A stretch of DNA of 28,517 nucleotides from Candidatus Phoenicimicrobium oleiphilum (GCA_039638295.1 JBDIWJ010000017.1:1-28517); one strand, 5' to 3'; positions 17,844 through 26,226 are shown, numbered from the stretch's first letter. Translations and numbers: made by a program. Notes: generated by a model from the letters alone, not told the origin.

Positions 17844-18893
17844 TTAAAAAATGTAATTTCCCCAGAGCCAGCCGCTCAGGGTAGCCAGGATAATCATAGT
17901 AATAATATAAACTAAAGCCTTTTTTAGGCCAAAAACCTTTATAATAGCTAACATATTAGGCAAGCTCATACCTGGTCCAGAAAGAAGCAAGGCTAAGGCA
18001 GGACCTTTTCCCATTCCTAATTTCATTAAAGTGTCTACAAAAGGTGCTTCAGTCATAGTAGCAAAATAACTGACTGCCCCAATAAGGGTTGCTAAAAAAG
18101 AAGAACGCAAAGAGTTTCCTCCCAGCCAGTGCTCTATCCATTCCCGAGGAAGGATTCTTCCAATAATTCCAACTATAAATACTCCTAATAAAAGCAAGGG
18201 AAAAATTAATTTTACGAACCACCAGGTCTCTTTAAGCCAATTGGAAATTCTATCTTTTTTAATAGCAAAGCAGGCATATAAAAAAGTAATAGAGATAGAC
18301 ATGGCAAAAACATATACCTTGTGCAAGTAGGGACCCTTAGTAATAAGGTAATTAGGAGAAAGCAGGCTAAAAAGAATTAAGAGAAGTAAAATTATATCTT
18401 TTCCAGCAATAATTTTTTTGTCGTTGTTCCCTCCTTTTTCCTCTATTATTCTCTCCGTTTCTTCTTTGTGGAAAGATAGATACATTACTGTTCCCATAAC
18501 GAAAGCGGTAATAAAAGCAGTAATAATCCTAACTATGGCCATATCATAGCCTATTATATTTCCCGTATAAATTACCGCTAAGAGGTTGGAGGCAGGAGCA
18601 ACCCATAAAAGAATAAAGGCAGGGGCAATCGCTCCACCTTTACGATAGATTCCAGCTGAAACCGGAATTACGGTACAGGAACATACTGCAATAAATATAG
18701 AAGAAATTGCTGCTATGGGGAAAGAAATAATATTTTTTGCTTTTGCTCCCAAATATTTAAGAATGGTATCACGTGAGGTAAAAGCAATAATCCCACCAGC
18801 CAAAAGAAAAGCTGGAATAAGACAAGTTACCACATGTAAGGCAATATATTCTTTTAAAGCAATTAATCCCCCACTTAATATTTCTAATAACAT
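17844..18893 (-). CDS. ArsP/DUF318-family permease
   Basis: HVVTCLIPAFLLAG, VCSCTVIP, YFATMTEAP and GPALALLLSGPGMSLP motifs. Confidence 0.9.
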   Translation of the reverse strand: MLLEILSGGLIALKEYIALHVVTCLIPAFLLAGGIIAFTSRDTILKYLGAKAKNIISFPIAAISSIFIAVCSCTVIPVSAGIYRKGGAIAPAFILLWVAPASNLLAVIYTGNIIGYDMAIVRIITAFITAFVMGTVMYLSFHKEETERIIEEKGGNNDKKIIAGKDIILLLLILFSLLSPNYLITKGPYLHKVYVFAMSISITFLYACFAIKKDRISNWLKETWWFVKLIFPLLLLGVFIVGIIGRILPREWIEHWLGGNSLRSSFLATLIGAVSYFATMTEAPFVDTLMKLGMGKGPALALLLSGPGMSLPNMLAIIKVFGLKKALVYIITMIILATLSGWLWGNYIF

Positions 18894-18916
18894 ATTAGAT
18901 AAACCTCCACCGTATT

Positions 18917-19267
18917 TTAATTACATTTAAACTTTTTTCTTATATTTTCTTTCTTACATTTATTAAGCTTTTCTAAATCCTGTTTCGATAATTTTAATTC
19001 ATTCTTTAAAGTTTGAATTATTTTATTACTTTCTATCTCGGGGTTTATTGCATAGATAATCCATTTGCCATCTCGCTGATTAACTATAAGACCAGCTTCC
19101 TTTAAAATCCTTAGATTGTGAGATATTCTTGATTGTTCCATATTTAAAATATTTATCAATTCACAAACACATAATTTGTCTTGCATTAAAAATAGGTAAA
19201 TGCGTAATCGGGTTTCATCAGATAAGGCCTTGAATATTTTTATAATTGCTTTTTTTGAGTTTTTCAT
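18917..19267 (-). CDS. ArsR/SmtB-family repressor
   Basis: FKALSDETRLRI, LCVCEL metal(loid) site and QSRISHNL HTH. Confidence 0.95.
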   Translation of the reverse strand: MKNSKKAIIKIFKALSDETRLRIYLFLMQDKLCVCELINILNMEQSRISHNLRILKEAGLIVNQRDGKWIIYAINPEIESNKIIQTLKNELKLSKQDLEKLNKCKKENIRKKFKCN

Positions 19268-19286
19268 TTGTCATTCCCCCTATAAC

Positions 19287-19306
19287 ATATGAAAATATTA
19301 TCATAT
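19287..19306. promoter_or_regulatory. Candidate ArsR/SmtB operator overlapping the minus-strand promoter
   Basis: ATATGA-AAATATTA-TCATAT inverted repeat, similar to SmtB/CzrA boxes. TTGTAA and TGATAAT promoter elements lie on the minus strand across it. Confidence 0.7.
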
Positions 19307-19505
19307 AATCATATTTTTTACAAGAGATAAAGGTGAATTTTTTAGAACTGACCAAAAACTAAAAATATATTAGAAAGGCATTAGAATTATTTGAAATAGA
19401 TATTCCTCTGAAAACTATGTATATTTACCAGCGATGTTAGGGATTTTGTAAAAATATTCTCTTTTAAACTAAATTTATGTAGAAACTGAAAACTTTTATA
19501 TAAAA

Positions 19506-19533
19506 AGAGGATTTTTGATATTATTGTAGTAAC
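19506..19533 (+). promoter_or_regulatory. Sigma-H-like promoter motif upstream of the macro-domain gene
   Basis: AGAGGATTTTT-N8-TGTAGTAAC. Confidence 0.5.
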
Positions 19534-19561
19534 TATAATGTAAAAGGAGGGTATGTCAATT

Positions 19562-20095
19562 ATGAAAAAAACAATATCAGGTGTCACCGTTGAATGCGTG
19601 AAGGGGAATATAGCTGCTCAAGCAGATGTTACTGCTATCGTGAATGCAGCAAATGCTCAACTTAGAATGGGTGGAGGTGTAGCAGGAGCAATTCACCGTG
19701 CTGCAGGTCCAGGGCTTGAAGAAGAATGTCGTCCCTTAGCTCCTATTAAACCGGGAGAAGCAGTTATTACTGGAGGGCATAATCTCCCCAATTGTTATGT
19801 AATCCACTGCTTGGGACCTGTTTTCGGTCAGGATAAGCCAGAAGATAAACTTTTGGCAGATTGCTATTACAATGCACTAAAGCTTGCCGAAGAGTATAAG
19901 ATAGACTCAATTGCCTTTCCTGCTATCTCTACTGGTGCATTTGGTTACCCTATTGAAGAAGCGGCAGAAGTGGCATTCAGGACAATTATGGAAAATATCC
20001 CCAAATTCCAGTATATCAAAAGGATTAGATTTGTCCTTTACAGTGACAGTGATCTTGACATTCACGAAAAAACATTCTCTCGTCTGGTTAGTTAG
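19562..20095 (+). CDS. Macro-domain protein (YmdB-like O-acetyl-ADP-ribose deacetylase/ADP-ribosylhydrolase)
   Basis: IVNAAN, GGGVAGAIHRAAG, VIHCLGP and AFPAISTGAFGYP motifs. ATG 19562 fits the AGGAGG spacing better than 19553. Confidence 0.94.
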   Translation: MKKTISGVTVECVKGNIAAQADVTAIVNAANAQLRMGGGVAGAIHRAAGPGLEEECRPLAPIKPGEAVITGGHNLPNCYVIHCLGPVFGQDKPEDKLLADCYYNALKLAEEYKIDSIAFPAISTGAFGYPIEEAAEVAFRTIMENIPKFQYIKRIRFVLYSDSDLDIHEKTFSRLVS

Positions 20096-20101
20096 AAAAA
20101 T

Positions 20102-20128
20102 TGTCAAGGGGGCGGTTGTTCCTGCTCA
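20102..20128 (+). repeat. GGGACGGTT-loop hairpin repeat (degenerate)
   Basis: TGTCAA-GGGGGCGGTTGTTCC-TGCTCA; near-identical core to the reverse complement of 15238-15266. Confidence 0.7.
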
Positions 20129-20257
20129 GTAATTAAGTAATTTTTTTGGTATAATTATCCCACCAAAGGAGGTACAGGATGGCACTTTCCGGGTAGCAAT
20201 GTCGGGAACAGTTGATATAAACTTAACTCAAGTGATCAAAAACTTTTGCATAAAAAA

Positions 20258-20284
20258 AGAGGATTTTTACTTATTTTGTAGAAT
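20258..20284 (+). promoter_or_regulatory. Sigma-H-like promoter upstream of the plsC-glycosyltransferase cluster
   Basis: AGAGGATTTTT-N8-TGTAGAAT; matches the Firmicute sigma-H consensus AGGA...GAAT. Confidence 0.6.
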
Positions 20285-20304
20285 AAAGAATTGTAACTAT
20301 TTCC

Positions 20305-20405
20305 GCTCAAACTGGGGTACCTTCAGAATATGAAAAATTGAAGAAACAATTTCAACAGTGGTGGCTTCAAAAATAATAAGTGACTGGATTTTAAAACAAG
20401 CCTGA
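20305..20405 (+). pseudogene. Frameshifted C-terminal remnant of an alpha/beta hydrolase gene
   Basis: AQTGVPSEYEK, then a frameshift to IEETISTVVASKIISDWILKQA*. This resembles the TGxPSEYxxIEETI...I.DWI tail of secreted alpha/beta hydrolases. Confidence 0.65.
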
Positions 20406-20428
20406 GATAAATAATGGGGTAGATAAGT

Positions 20429-21025
20429 TTGTTATATAATATTGCTAAAATTACATTATTAATCATTTTTAAGTTATTATTCAAGTTTAAAGTAACCGGT
20501 CAACAGAATTTACCCCAAGATGGTTCGTTTATTGTTGTGGCCAATCATACGAGTTTATTAGACCCAATTATTCTTGGGATATCTATCAGGCCTAAAATAA
20601 CTTTTATAGCTGCGGATTATCTTTTTGAAATACCCTGTCTTGGTTATTTATTAAGGAAGGTCGATTCTATCCCCATCCATAGGGAAAATAATATAAATAA
20701 TATTAAATCTATAAAAAAAGCCCTGAAGATATTACAACAAGGCGGGGTCTTGGGAATTTTCCCTGAAGGAGGAGTTGACCGGCAAAAAGATAATTTACCC
20801 ATTAAAGCAGGAGCTGCCTATCTGGCTACCAAGGTAGGTGTTCCTATTGTGCCCATAAAAATCAAAGGAGCAGACAAAGTTTTGCCCAGGGGAGCAAAAT
20901 TTATCAGAAGTTTAAATAAAATTGAATTAGAAATTAAAAAACCAATTTCTTGTTCAAAGCGAAGTAACTTGACTAAGGAAATTATTAGAAATAAAGTAGA
21001 ATCTTATATAAAAGAGATATATTAA
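20429..21025 (+). CDS. plsC: 1-acyl-sn-glycerol-3-phosphate (lysophospholipid) acyltransferase
   Basis: NHTSLLD (HX4D), IFPEG, GAAYLA and VPIVP motifs. Confidence 0.92.
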   Translation: MLYNIAKITLLIIFKLLFKFKVTGQQNLPQDGSFIVVANHTSLLDPIILGISIRPKITFIAADYLFEIPCLGYLLRKVDSIPIHRENNINNIKSIKKALKILQQGGVLGIFPEGGVDRQKDNLPIKAGAAYLATKVGVPIVPIKIKGADKVLPRGAKFIRSLNKIELEIKKPISCSKRSNLTKEIIRNKVESYIKEIY

Positions 21026-21100
21026 ATAGAGCTTGAAAAATTTGATGGTAAAATATAAATGGTATAACTTCTTTATTAGATAAGGAGGCAAATGAGTTAA

Positions 21101-21829
21101 ATGCATAAAATCGGTTTAAAAGAAAAAGAAAAGAAAGACATTCTGAATATACGTAAAATTATATTTATAGTGATTCTGTTTATTATATTATTGGTGATAG
21201 CCAGCATTCTTTTATTAATCTGGTGGCCCACCAAGGCCTCATTGGTAGAAATAACCAATTCCTGGGTTGCCCTAATTATGGTTTATTTAGTTCTAATTGT
21301 ATTTTTATTTGAAAAGCCGATTTATAAATTTTATAGTGAAATTATTGATATTATAAATTTTAAACAACACAAAGCACTACAGACAAAACAAAAAGAGCTT
21401 TTTAAACCTATTTCTAATTCTGGTTTTAACAAATTAGTTTCTTATCGTGATCCTGAATGGGATAGTATTTTGAAAAGAGAAAATCAAGAATCAAATTCTA
21501 CAATCCTAGAAGATACTGAAGTAGTTAAATATATTCAAAAACTTCAAAATGAGAGTATTAAGTGGCGCTTTTTTTTTGCTGATATTTATCTTGTTCTTTA
21601 CGCCAAGTATGTTTTGTTCTGGCTTTTCAAGTTAAAATTAGCTAAACGAGAAGAATTTGATAAGGTGTGGCAATCAGAAATACCTGGTGAGCAAGAAAGA
21701 GTGGCAATTTTAGATGCCCTTCTTTCTCTGGATTTTATTCGTACGGAAGATGATAATTTACTCATCACAGACTTAGGTTTAGCTTATGTAAATTATCTAA
21801 AAGAATTAGATAAACACTCTGGTGAATGA
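21101..21829 (+). CDS. Hypothetical membrane protein (2 N-terminal TM helices; C-terminal winged-helix-like end)
   Basis: Two hydrophobic stretches; C-terminal ILDALLSLDFI...LLITDLGLAYV wHTH-like pattern; AAGGAGG RBS. Confidence 0.8.
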   Translation: MHKIGLKEKEKKDILNIRKIIFIVILFIILLVIASILLLIWWPTKASLVEITNSWVALIMVYLVLIVFLFEKPIYKFYSEIIDIINFKQHKALQTKQKELFKPISNSGFNKLVSYRDPEWDSILKRENQESNSTILEDTEVVKYIQKLQNESIKWRFFFADIYLVLYAKYVLFWLFKLKLAKREEFDKVWQSEIPGEQERVAILDALLSLDFIRTEDDNLLITDLGLAYVNYLKELDKHSGE

Positions 21830-21855
21830 ATTTATTTACCAAAGGAGGTGTTTTG

Positions 21856-23028
21856 GTGAAAATATCATTAGGAATAATAACTAAACATTTTAATTCTTTA
21901 GAGCCCATAGATGAATTTTTGGCGAATGCATTAAAATATAATCATAAAATTTACAGCGTTATAATTGTGTATTCTCATAGTTGTGATTATCAATTAATCG
22001 ATAGTTTGAAGGAGAAGGTTAAGGTTTTTGCGGTACAAATAAATAAAGCTCAACAAATGATAGCACAACAGAGAAGGATGGGGGTATCTCTAGAAAGCAT
22101 AAAGGCTTTACTGGATTGCCCTACTTTAGAAAAATATGGAGTTGTTCCTTATGGGCAATATAGAAATTATGTAGTAATACAAGCCTTATTGAGCGGTTCA
22201 GAAGGATTAGTATTTGTAGATACTGATGTTTATCCGAGAGTATTGGTGAAAGAAAATAATCAAATTATAGAAAAAGAGATAGATTTTTTCGGAAGGCATT
22301 TAGAATATTTACAAAAAAAAGAAGTTATTATTACCACCAGTGATTATTCTGGTTATTATATTATTCCTCCTATGAGTTTTACCGGAATGAAAGAATTATT
22401 TTTTGGCTTACAGAAAGAAGATGCCTACGAATTTTTAATAAATTCCGAGAAACATAGTTGCCTGAATTTAGACAATGATAAAAAACGAAAAGTATTTGAA
22501 ACAGATAAGATATTGGGGGGGAATGTAGCTATCAAACTTAATGATTTTAAAGAATTGCCTCCTTTTTTTTCTACAGTGTATAATATAAATGGCGAACATA
22601 TTTTATCACGAGGAGAAGATACGCTCTTGGGGATTAAGTTGAGAGAAATAGATAAAAAATGTATTGATATAGATACCAGAATATTTCATAATACTTTTGG
22701 TAATTATCCTGAAGTGCCAGATATAAGAAATAATAGCAATATTAAGGATAGATTTTATTATGCTTGTTTAGGATGGATTGGGCGGAATCCTTTTCTTAAT
22801 TGGCTAAAAAGGGAAGATTTAGAAGAGGTAAAAAATAAACAGAAGGAGAATATAATTATAGGTTCCCAGGCAGTAGCCTCCTACCTTAATGATAAGAGAT
22901 TTTTGATCTTGCCTAAGGCGTTAGAGATATCTTACACAAACCTAAAACAGGTAATTAGTGAATATAGAAAAACTTTAAGGGCCTGGAATGAGTTTATCGA
23001 CAAATTAGAAAGATGGAGGGAGGGCTAA
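21856..23028 (+). CDS. Uncharacterised GT-A-fold-like protein
   Basis: PYGQYRN, FVDTD (DxD), LGGN, SRGEDT and IFH motifs in GT-A order. Start moved to GTG 21856 behind AAGGAGGTG. Confidence 0.7.
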   Translation: MKISLGIITKHFNSLEPIDEFLANALKYNHKIYSVIIVYSHSCDYQLIDSLKEKVKVFAVQINKAQQMIAQQRRMGVSLESIKALLDCPTLEKYGVVPYGQYRNYVVIQALLSGSEGLVFVDTDVYPRVLVKENNQIIEKEIDFFGRHLEYLQKKEVIITTSDYSGYYIIPPMSFTGMKELFFGLQKEDAYEFLINSEKHSCLNLDNDKKRKVFETDKILGGNVAIKLNDFKELPPFFSTVYNINGEHILSRGEDTLLGIKLREIDKKCIDIDTRIFHNTFGNYPEVPDIRNNSNIKDRFYYACLGWIGRNPFLNWLKREDLEEVKNKQKENIIIGSQAVASYLNDKRFLILPKALEISYTNLKQVISEYRKTLRAWNEFIDKLERWREG

Positions 23029-23031
23029 AAA

Positions 23032-24225
23032 ATGAAAATATTAATAATAAATCATTTTCCTCTGGAAGGTTCAGGGAGTGGGGTTTACACTAAAAATTTA
23101 GCCAAGGAGTTAACCAAGATTGGGCATAAAGTAAAAGTAATTTTCCCAGAAAATAAAAGAGTATCTCCAGAGGATTTTGAAATTAGGCCAATAATGTTCA
23201 AGGGTGAGGGTAATAAAGATTTTGAAATTGATTTTAATTTTCCCTGTTTTACTAGCCATCCCAGGAGTAATATCACATTTTATCAATTAAATAAAACACA
23301 AATGAGAAAGTATATTGATATAATGGTTAGAGTGACCGGAGAAGAGGCAGATAAATTTAAGCCTGATATTATTCACGCTCAGCATCTCTGGATTACCCCT
23401 TATGCTGCCCAAAAAACTGGGATTCCTTACGTTGTAACAGTGCACGGAACAGATTTAAAAGGGTTTAATCAAGATAAAAGATATCATCTTTACGCCTTAA
23501 AAGGTGCTCAAAATGCTCGAAAAGTTATTACTATATCTAAACAAGTAGACAGAGAAACCAAAGAGCTTTATAAGATTGATGATGAAAGAAGAATAATTAT
23601 CTATAATGGTTATGATACCAGACTTTTTCGGGTAAAAGATATATCCAGAAGGGAAGTTTTAGAAAGGTTTGGTATAAGTGAAATACCAGATTATCTGGTA
23701 TTTTTTGCCGGGAAATTAGCTCATTTTAAAGGGGTAGACATTTTATTAAAAGCTGCTAAAATATATGAAAATCAGATGAAAGAGGAAGTTATGACTTTAA
23801 TTGCTGGTAATGGGGTAATGTATGAGGAACTAAAAGAACTCAGAGATTTTTTAAAGTTAAAGAAAACTTTTTTTCTGGGGCATGTAAACCAGGACCAGTT
23901 AGTGGATTTGTATAATATTGCTGATGTAAGCACTGTACCTTCAAGGAGCGAACCTTTTGGGCTTGTGGCGATAGAAGCACTGGCTTGTGGGACTCCGGTA
24001 GTAGCTACCAATCAGGGAGGATTACCCGATTTTATCAATGAAAATGTAGGTACTCTGGTTGAGGTGGAGGACGATATTGCCCTGGCAGAAGCTATCATTA
24101 ATGAACTGACCAGACCTGATAAAAAAGAAAGAAGAAAAAAGGCTAGTGAATATGCGGTTAAAAATTTTTCCTGGAAGAACACAGTAAGAGAAGTTGAGAA
24201 AATATATAAGAAAGTAGTTGACTAA
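23032..24225 (+). CDS. Glycosyltransferase family 4 (GT-B)
   Basis: GSGVY, IHAQH, TVHGTD, KGVD and EPFGLVAIEALACGTPV motifs. Confidence 0.95.
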   Translation: MKILIINHFPLEGSGSGVYTKNLAKELTKIGHKVKVIFPENKRVSPEDFEIRPIMFKGEGNKDFEIDFNFPCFTSHPRSNITFYQLNKTQMRKYIDIMVRVTGEEADKFKPDIIHAQHLWITPYAAQKTGIPYVVTVHGTDLKGFNQDKRYHLYALKGAQNARKVITISKQVDRETKELYKIDDERRIIIYNGYDTRLFRVKDISRREVLERFGISEIPDYLVFFAGKLAHFKGVDILLKAAKIYENQMKEEVMTLIAGNGVMYEELKELRDFLKLKKTFFLGHVNQDQLVDLYNIADVSTVPSRSEPFGLVAIEALACGTPVVATNQGGLPDFINENVGTLVEVEDDIALAEAIINELTRPDKKERRKKASEYAVKNFSWKNTVREVEKIYKKVVD

Positions 24226-24298
24226 AAAATAAATAGATGAATAAATTAACCAAATAATTTTAGAGCATCGGAATTTCAAAAATTCCGATGCTCTTACA

Positions 24299-24333
24299 GG
24301 GATACTTTTACCCGTTTTCACGGGCACAAGTTT
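24299..24333. repeat. Fragment of a (T)GTC-type palindrome family
   Basis: CCCGTTTTCACGGG-CACAAGTTT hairpin, similar to the inner hairpins at 12337 and 27692. Confidence 0.5.
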
Positions 24334-24350
24334 AAAAAACAATATATTCT

Positions 24351-24449
24351 AACAAGATTGTTAGGAAAAGTTTTATATAAAATAGAAATGGAGTAAAAAG
24401 TAGATAGAGAGAGGTTTTGCGGGGAGTTCACTCCCCTGACAATCTTGTT
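24351..24449 (-). mobile_element. ~100-bp MITE-like element with 15-bp TIRs
   Basis: AACAAGATTGTTAGG ... CCTGACAATCTTGTT (one mismatch); inner hairpin GGGGAGTTCACTCCCC; second copy at 17056-17142. Confidence 0.8.
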
Positions 24450-24472
24450 TATTATGGTGAGGGAGAGAAATT

Positions 24473-26221
24473 ATGCGTACTGTAGTGGTTATACCTACCT
24501 ATTGGGGGAGAAAGAAGGAGAACTTTTTTAAAGAAGGGGACATAATTTATGACCATGCCACTCCTGTAGATACAGAAGGAACTTTAGGTAGAATGTTAGA
24601 AAGTATGAAAATATTAAAGAAGAAAGACTTTAAATTAGTTATACTTGTTTGTCCTACTACCAGGGAAATAGAAAGGAAAGTAGAAGGAAAGGTGAAAAAA
24701 ATAGTTAAAGAGGTAAATTTGGATGTAGAGACATATTTATTTACTCAAAAGATTTTGAGAAAGATTAAGAGGTTTGGAAGAAATTCTAATCTAAAAGAAA
24801 ACATACTTTCTTTGTTAAATTTAAAAGGATATGCCAACGTAAGGAATATGTGTTTATTTGCTTCTCAGATACTTAATGCTGATATTAGTATTTTACTTGA
24901 TGATGATGAAGTTATTGAAAATCCTGATTTTATTGATATAGCTCGAGAATTTATAGGGAAAAGGGTATATGGAGAAACTGTATATGCAGTAGCTGGTTAT
25001 TATTTGAACAAATACGGTAATTATTATGATGATGTAAGTATGGAGCCTTGGATGACTTATTGGAATAGATTTGGAAGTAAGTCCAAGGCCTTTGATAAGA
25101 TAATTGGATGTGGTCCGAGACTTAAACATACCCCCTTTGCCTTTGGTGGGGCTATGGTGATTCATAAAAATTTATACCAGATAGTTCCTTTTGACCCTAA
25201 TGTTTGCAGAGGAGAAGATATAGATTACCTTATAAATGCAAAAATGTTTGGATTTAATTTCTTTTTAGATAATAAGTTAAGTGTAAAACATTTACCACCT
25301 CCGAAGACCCATCCCATATGGAAGAGGACTCGAGAAGATATCTATCGATTTGTTTATGAAAAGGCGAAAATAGATTCTCAATATGAAGTAAGTAATATGC
25401 GGATGGTTTCCGCGAAAGATTTTTTCCCTTATCCTGGAGAATTTTTAACTGATGAATTGGAAGATAAGGTTTTTAAAACTAATTTGTTACTTGCTATGGA
25501 ATATTTATCAAAGGGTGACGTAAAAGCTTGCCAAGAATCAATAAAAAATATATATTTAAGTGTTTATGAAGCTATTCCTAAAAAAGATCCTTTTACTGCC
25601 TATAGAAGGATACAGAAGGATTGGGAGAAATTAATAGATTTTGCCCTCGAACATAAGAGAGAGTTAAGAAAGATAGTGGAAGAAGCAAATTTATTTAAGG
25701 TTGATATATCTGTTGATGAAAAACATTATGAGAAAATTGACCTAAATGAGAAAAAAGAAATTCTAAAGAGAATGAAGGAATTTAAAGATTTTAATGATGC
25801 TGAATTAGAAAAAATTGCCCAGATGTCCAGCATTAAAGCTTATAAACAAGATGAATATATTTTTAAAGAAGGGGAAGAAGATTCATCTTTTTATATAGTA
25901 ATCAAGGGCTGCCTTCGTATTGTAAAATATAATGAAAGAAACGAAGAAATTGTTTTGGCTGATATATGTAGTGGAGGATTTTTAGGTGAGACAGCTATCG
26001 TTAATGAAAGGCATCAGGTTAATGCTATTGCCAGTGAATTTGTAGAATTGCTTTTTATAGAACAGAAAGACCTTGACCTATTAATTAAAGATGATCCTAA
26101 TTTAGGAAATAAGTTACTCTTTATATTTTTAGAAAAGTTGTCTAAGAAATTAGATAAAACCAATCGTTTATTTCAAGGGAATTATATATTGGGCAGTTCT
26201 TCCCTTTCCGATATGAGTTAA
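24473..26221 (+). CDS. GT-A-fold-like protein fused to a C-terminal cyclic-nucleotide-binding domain
   Basis: N-terminal VVVIPTY, GYANVRN, LLDDDE, FGGAM, RGEDID and VKH motifs. C-terminal FKDFNDAEL..IFKEGE..FYIVIKG..GFLGETAI is a CNB beta-roll; no HTH. Confidence 0.85.
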   Translation: MRTVVVIPTYWGRKKENFFKEGDIIYDHATPVDTEGTLGRMLESMKILKKKDFKLVILVCPTTREIERKVEGKVKKIVKEVNLDVETYLFTQKILRKIKRFGRNSNLKENILSLLNLKGYANVRNMCLFASQILNADISILLDDDEVIENPDFIDIAREFIGKRVYGETVYAVAGYYLNKYGNYYDDVSMEPWMTYWNRFGSKSKAFDKIIGCGPRLKHTPFAFGGAMVIHKNLYQIVPFDPNVCRGEDIDYLINAKMFGFNFFLDNKLSVKHLPPPKTHPIWKRTREDIYRFVYEKAKIDSQYEVSNMRMVSAKDFFPYPGEFLTDELEDKVFKTNLLLAMEYLSKGDVKACQESIKNIYLSVYEAIPKKDPFTAYRRIQKDWEKLIDFALEHKRELRKIVEEANLFKVDISVDEKHYEKIDLNEKKEILKRMKEFKDFNDAELEKIAQMSSIKAYKQDEYIFKEGEEDSSFYIVIKGCLRIVKYNERNEEIVLADICSGGFLGETAIVNERHQVNAIASEFVELLFIEQKDLDLLIKDDPNLGNKLLFIFLEKLSKKLDKTNRLFQGNYILGSSSLSDMS

Positions 26222-26226
26222 AATAT

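Noticed and set aside
17270..19267. Selenocysteine recoding in the redox/ArsP genes
   Set aside because: Catalytic positions are Cys codons; no in-frame TGA interrupts these ORFs.
20179..20220. Pyrrolysine read-through of the TAG in the micro-ORF
   Set aside because: Read-through would give only 13 residues, and there is no pyl evidence in the window.
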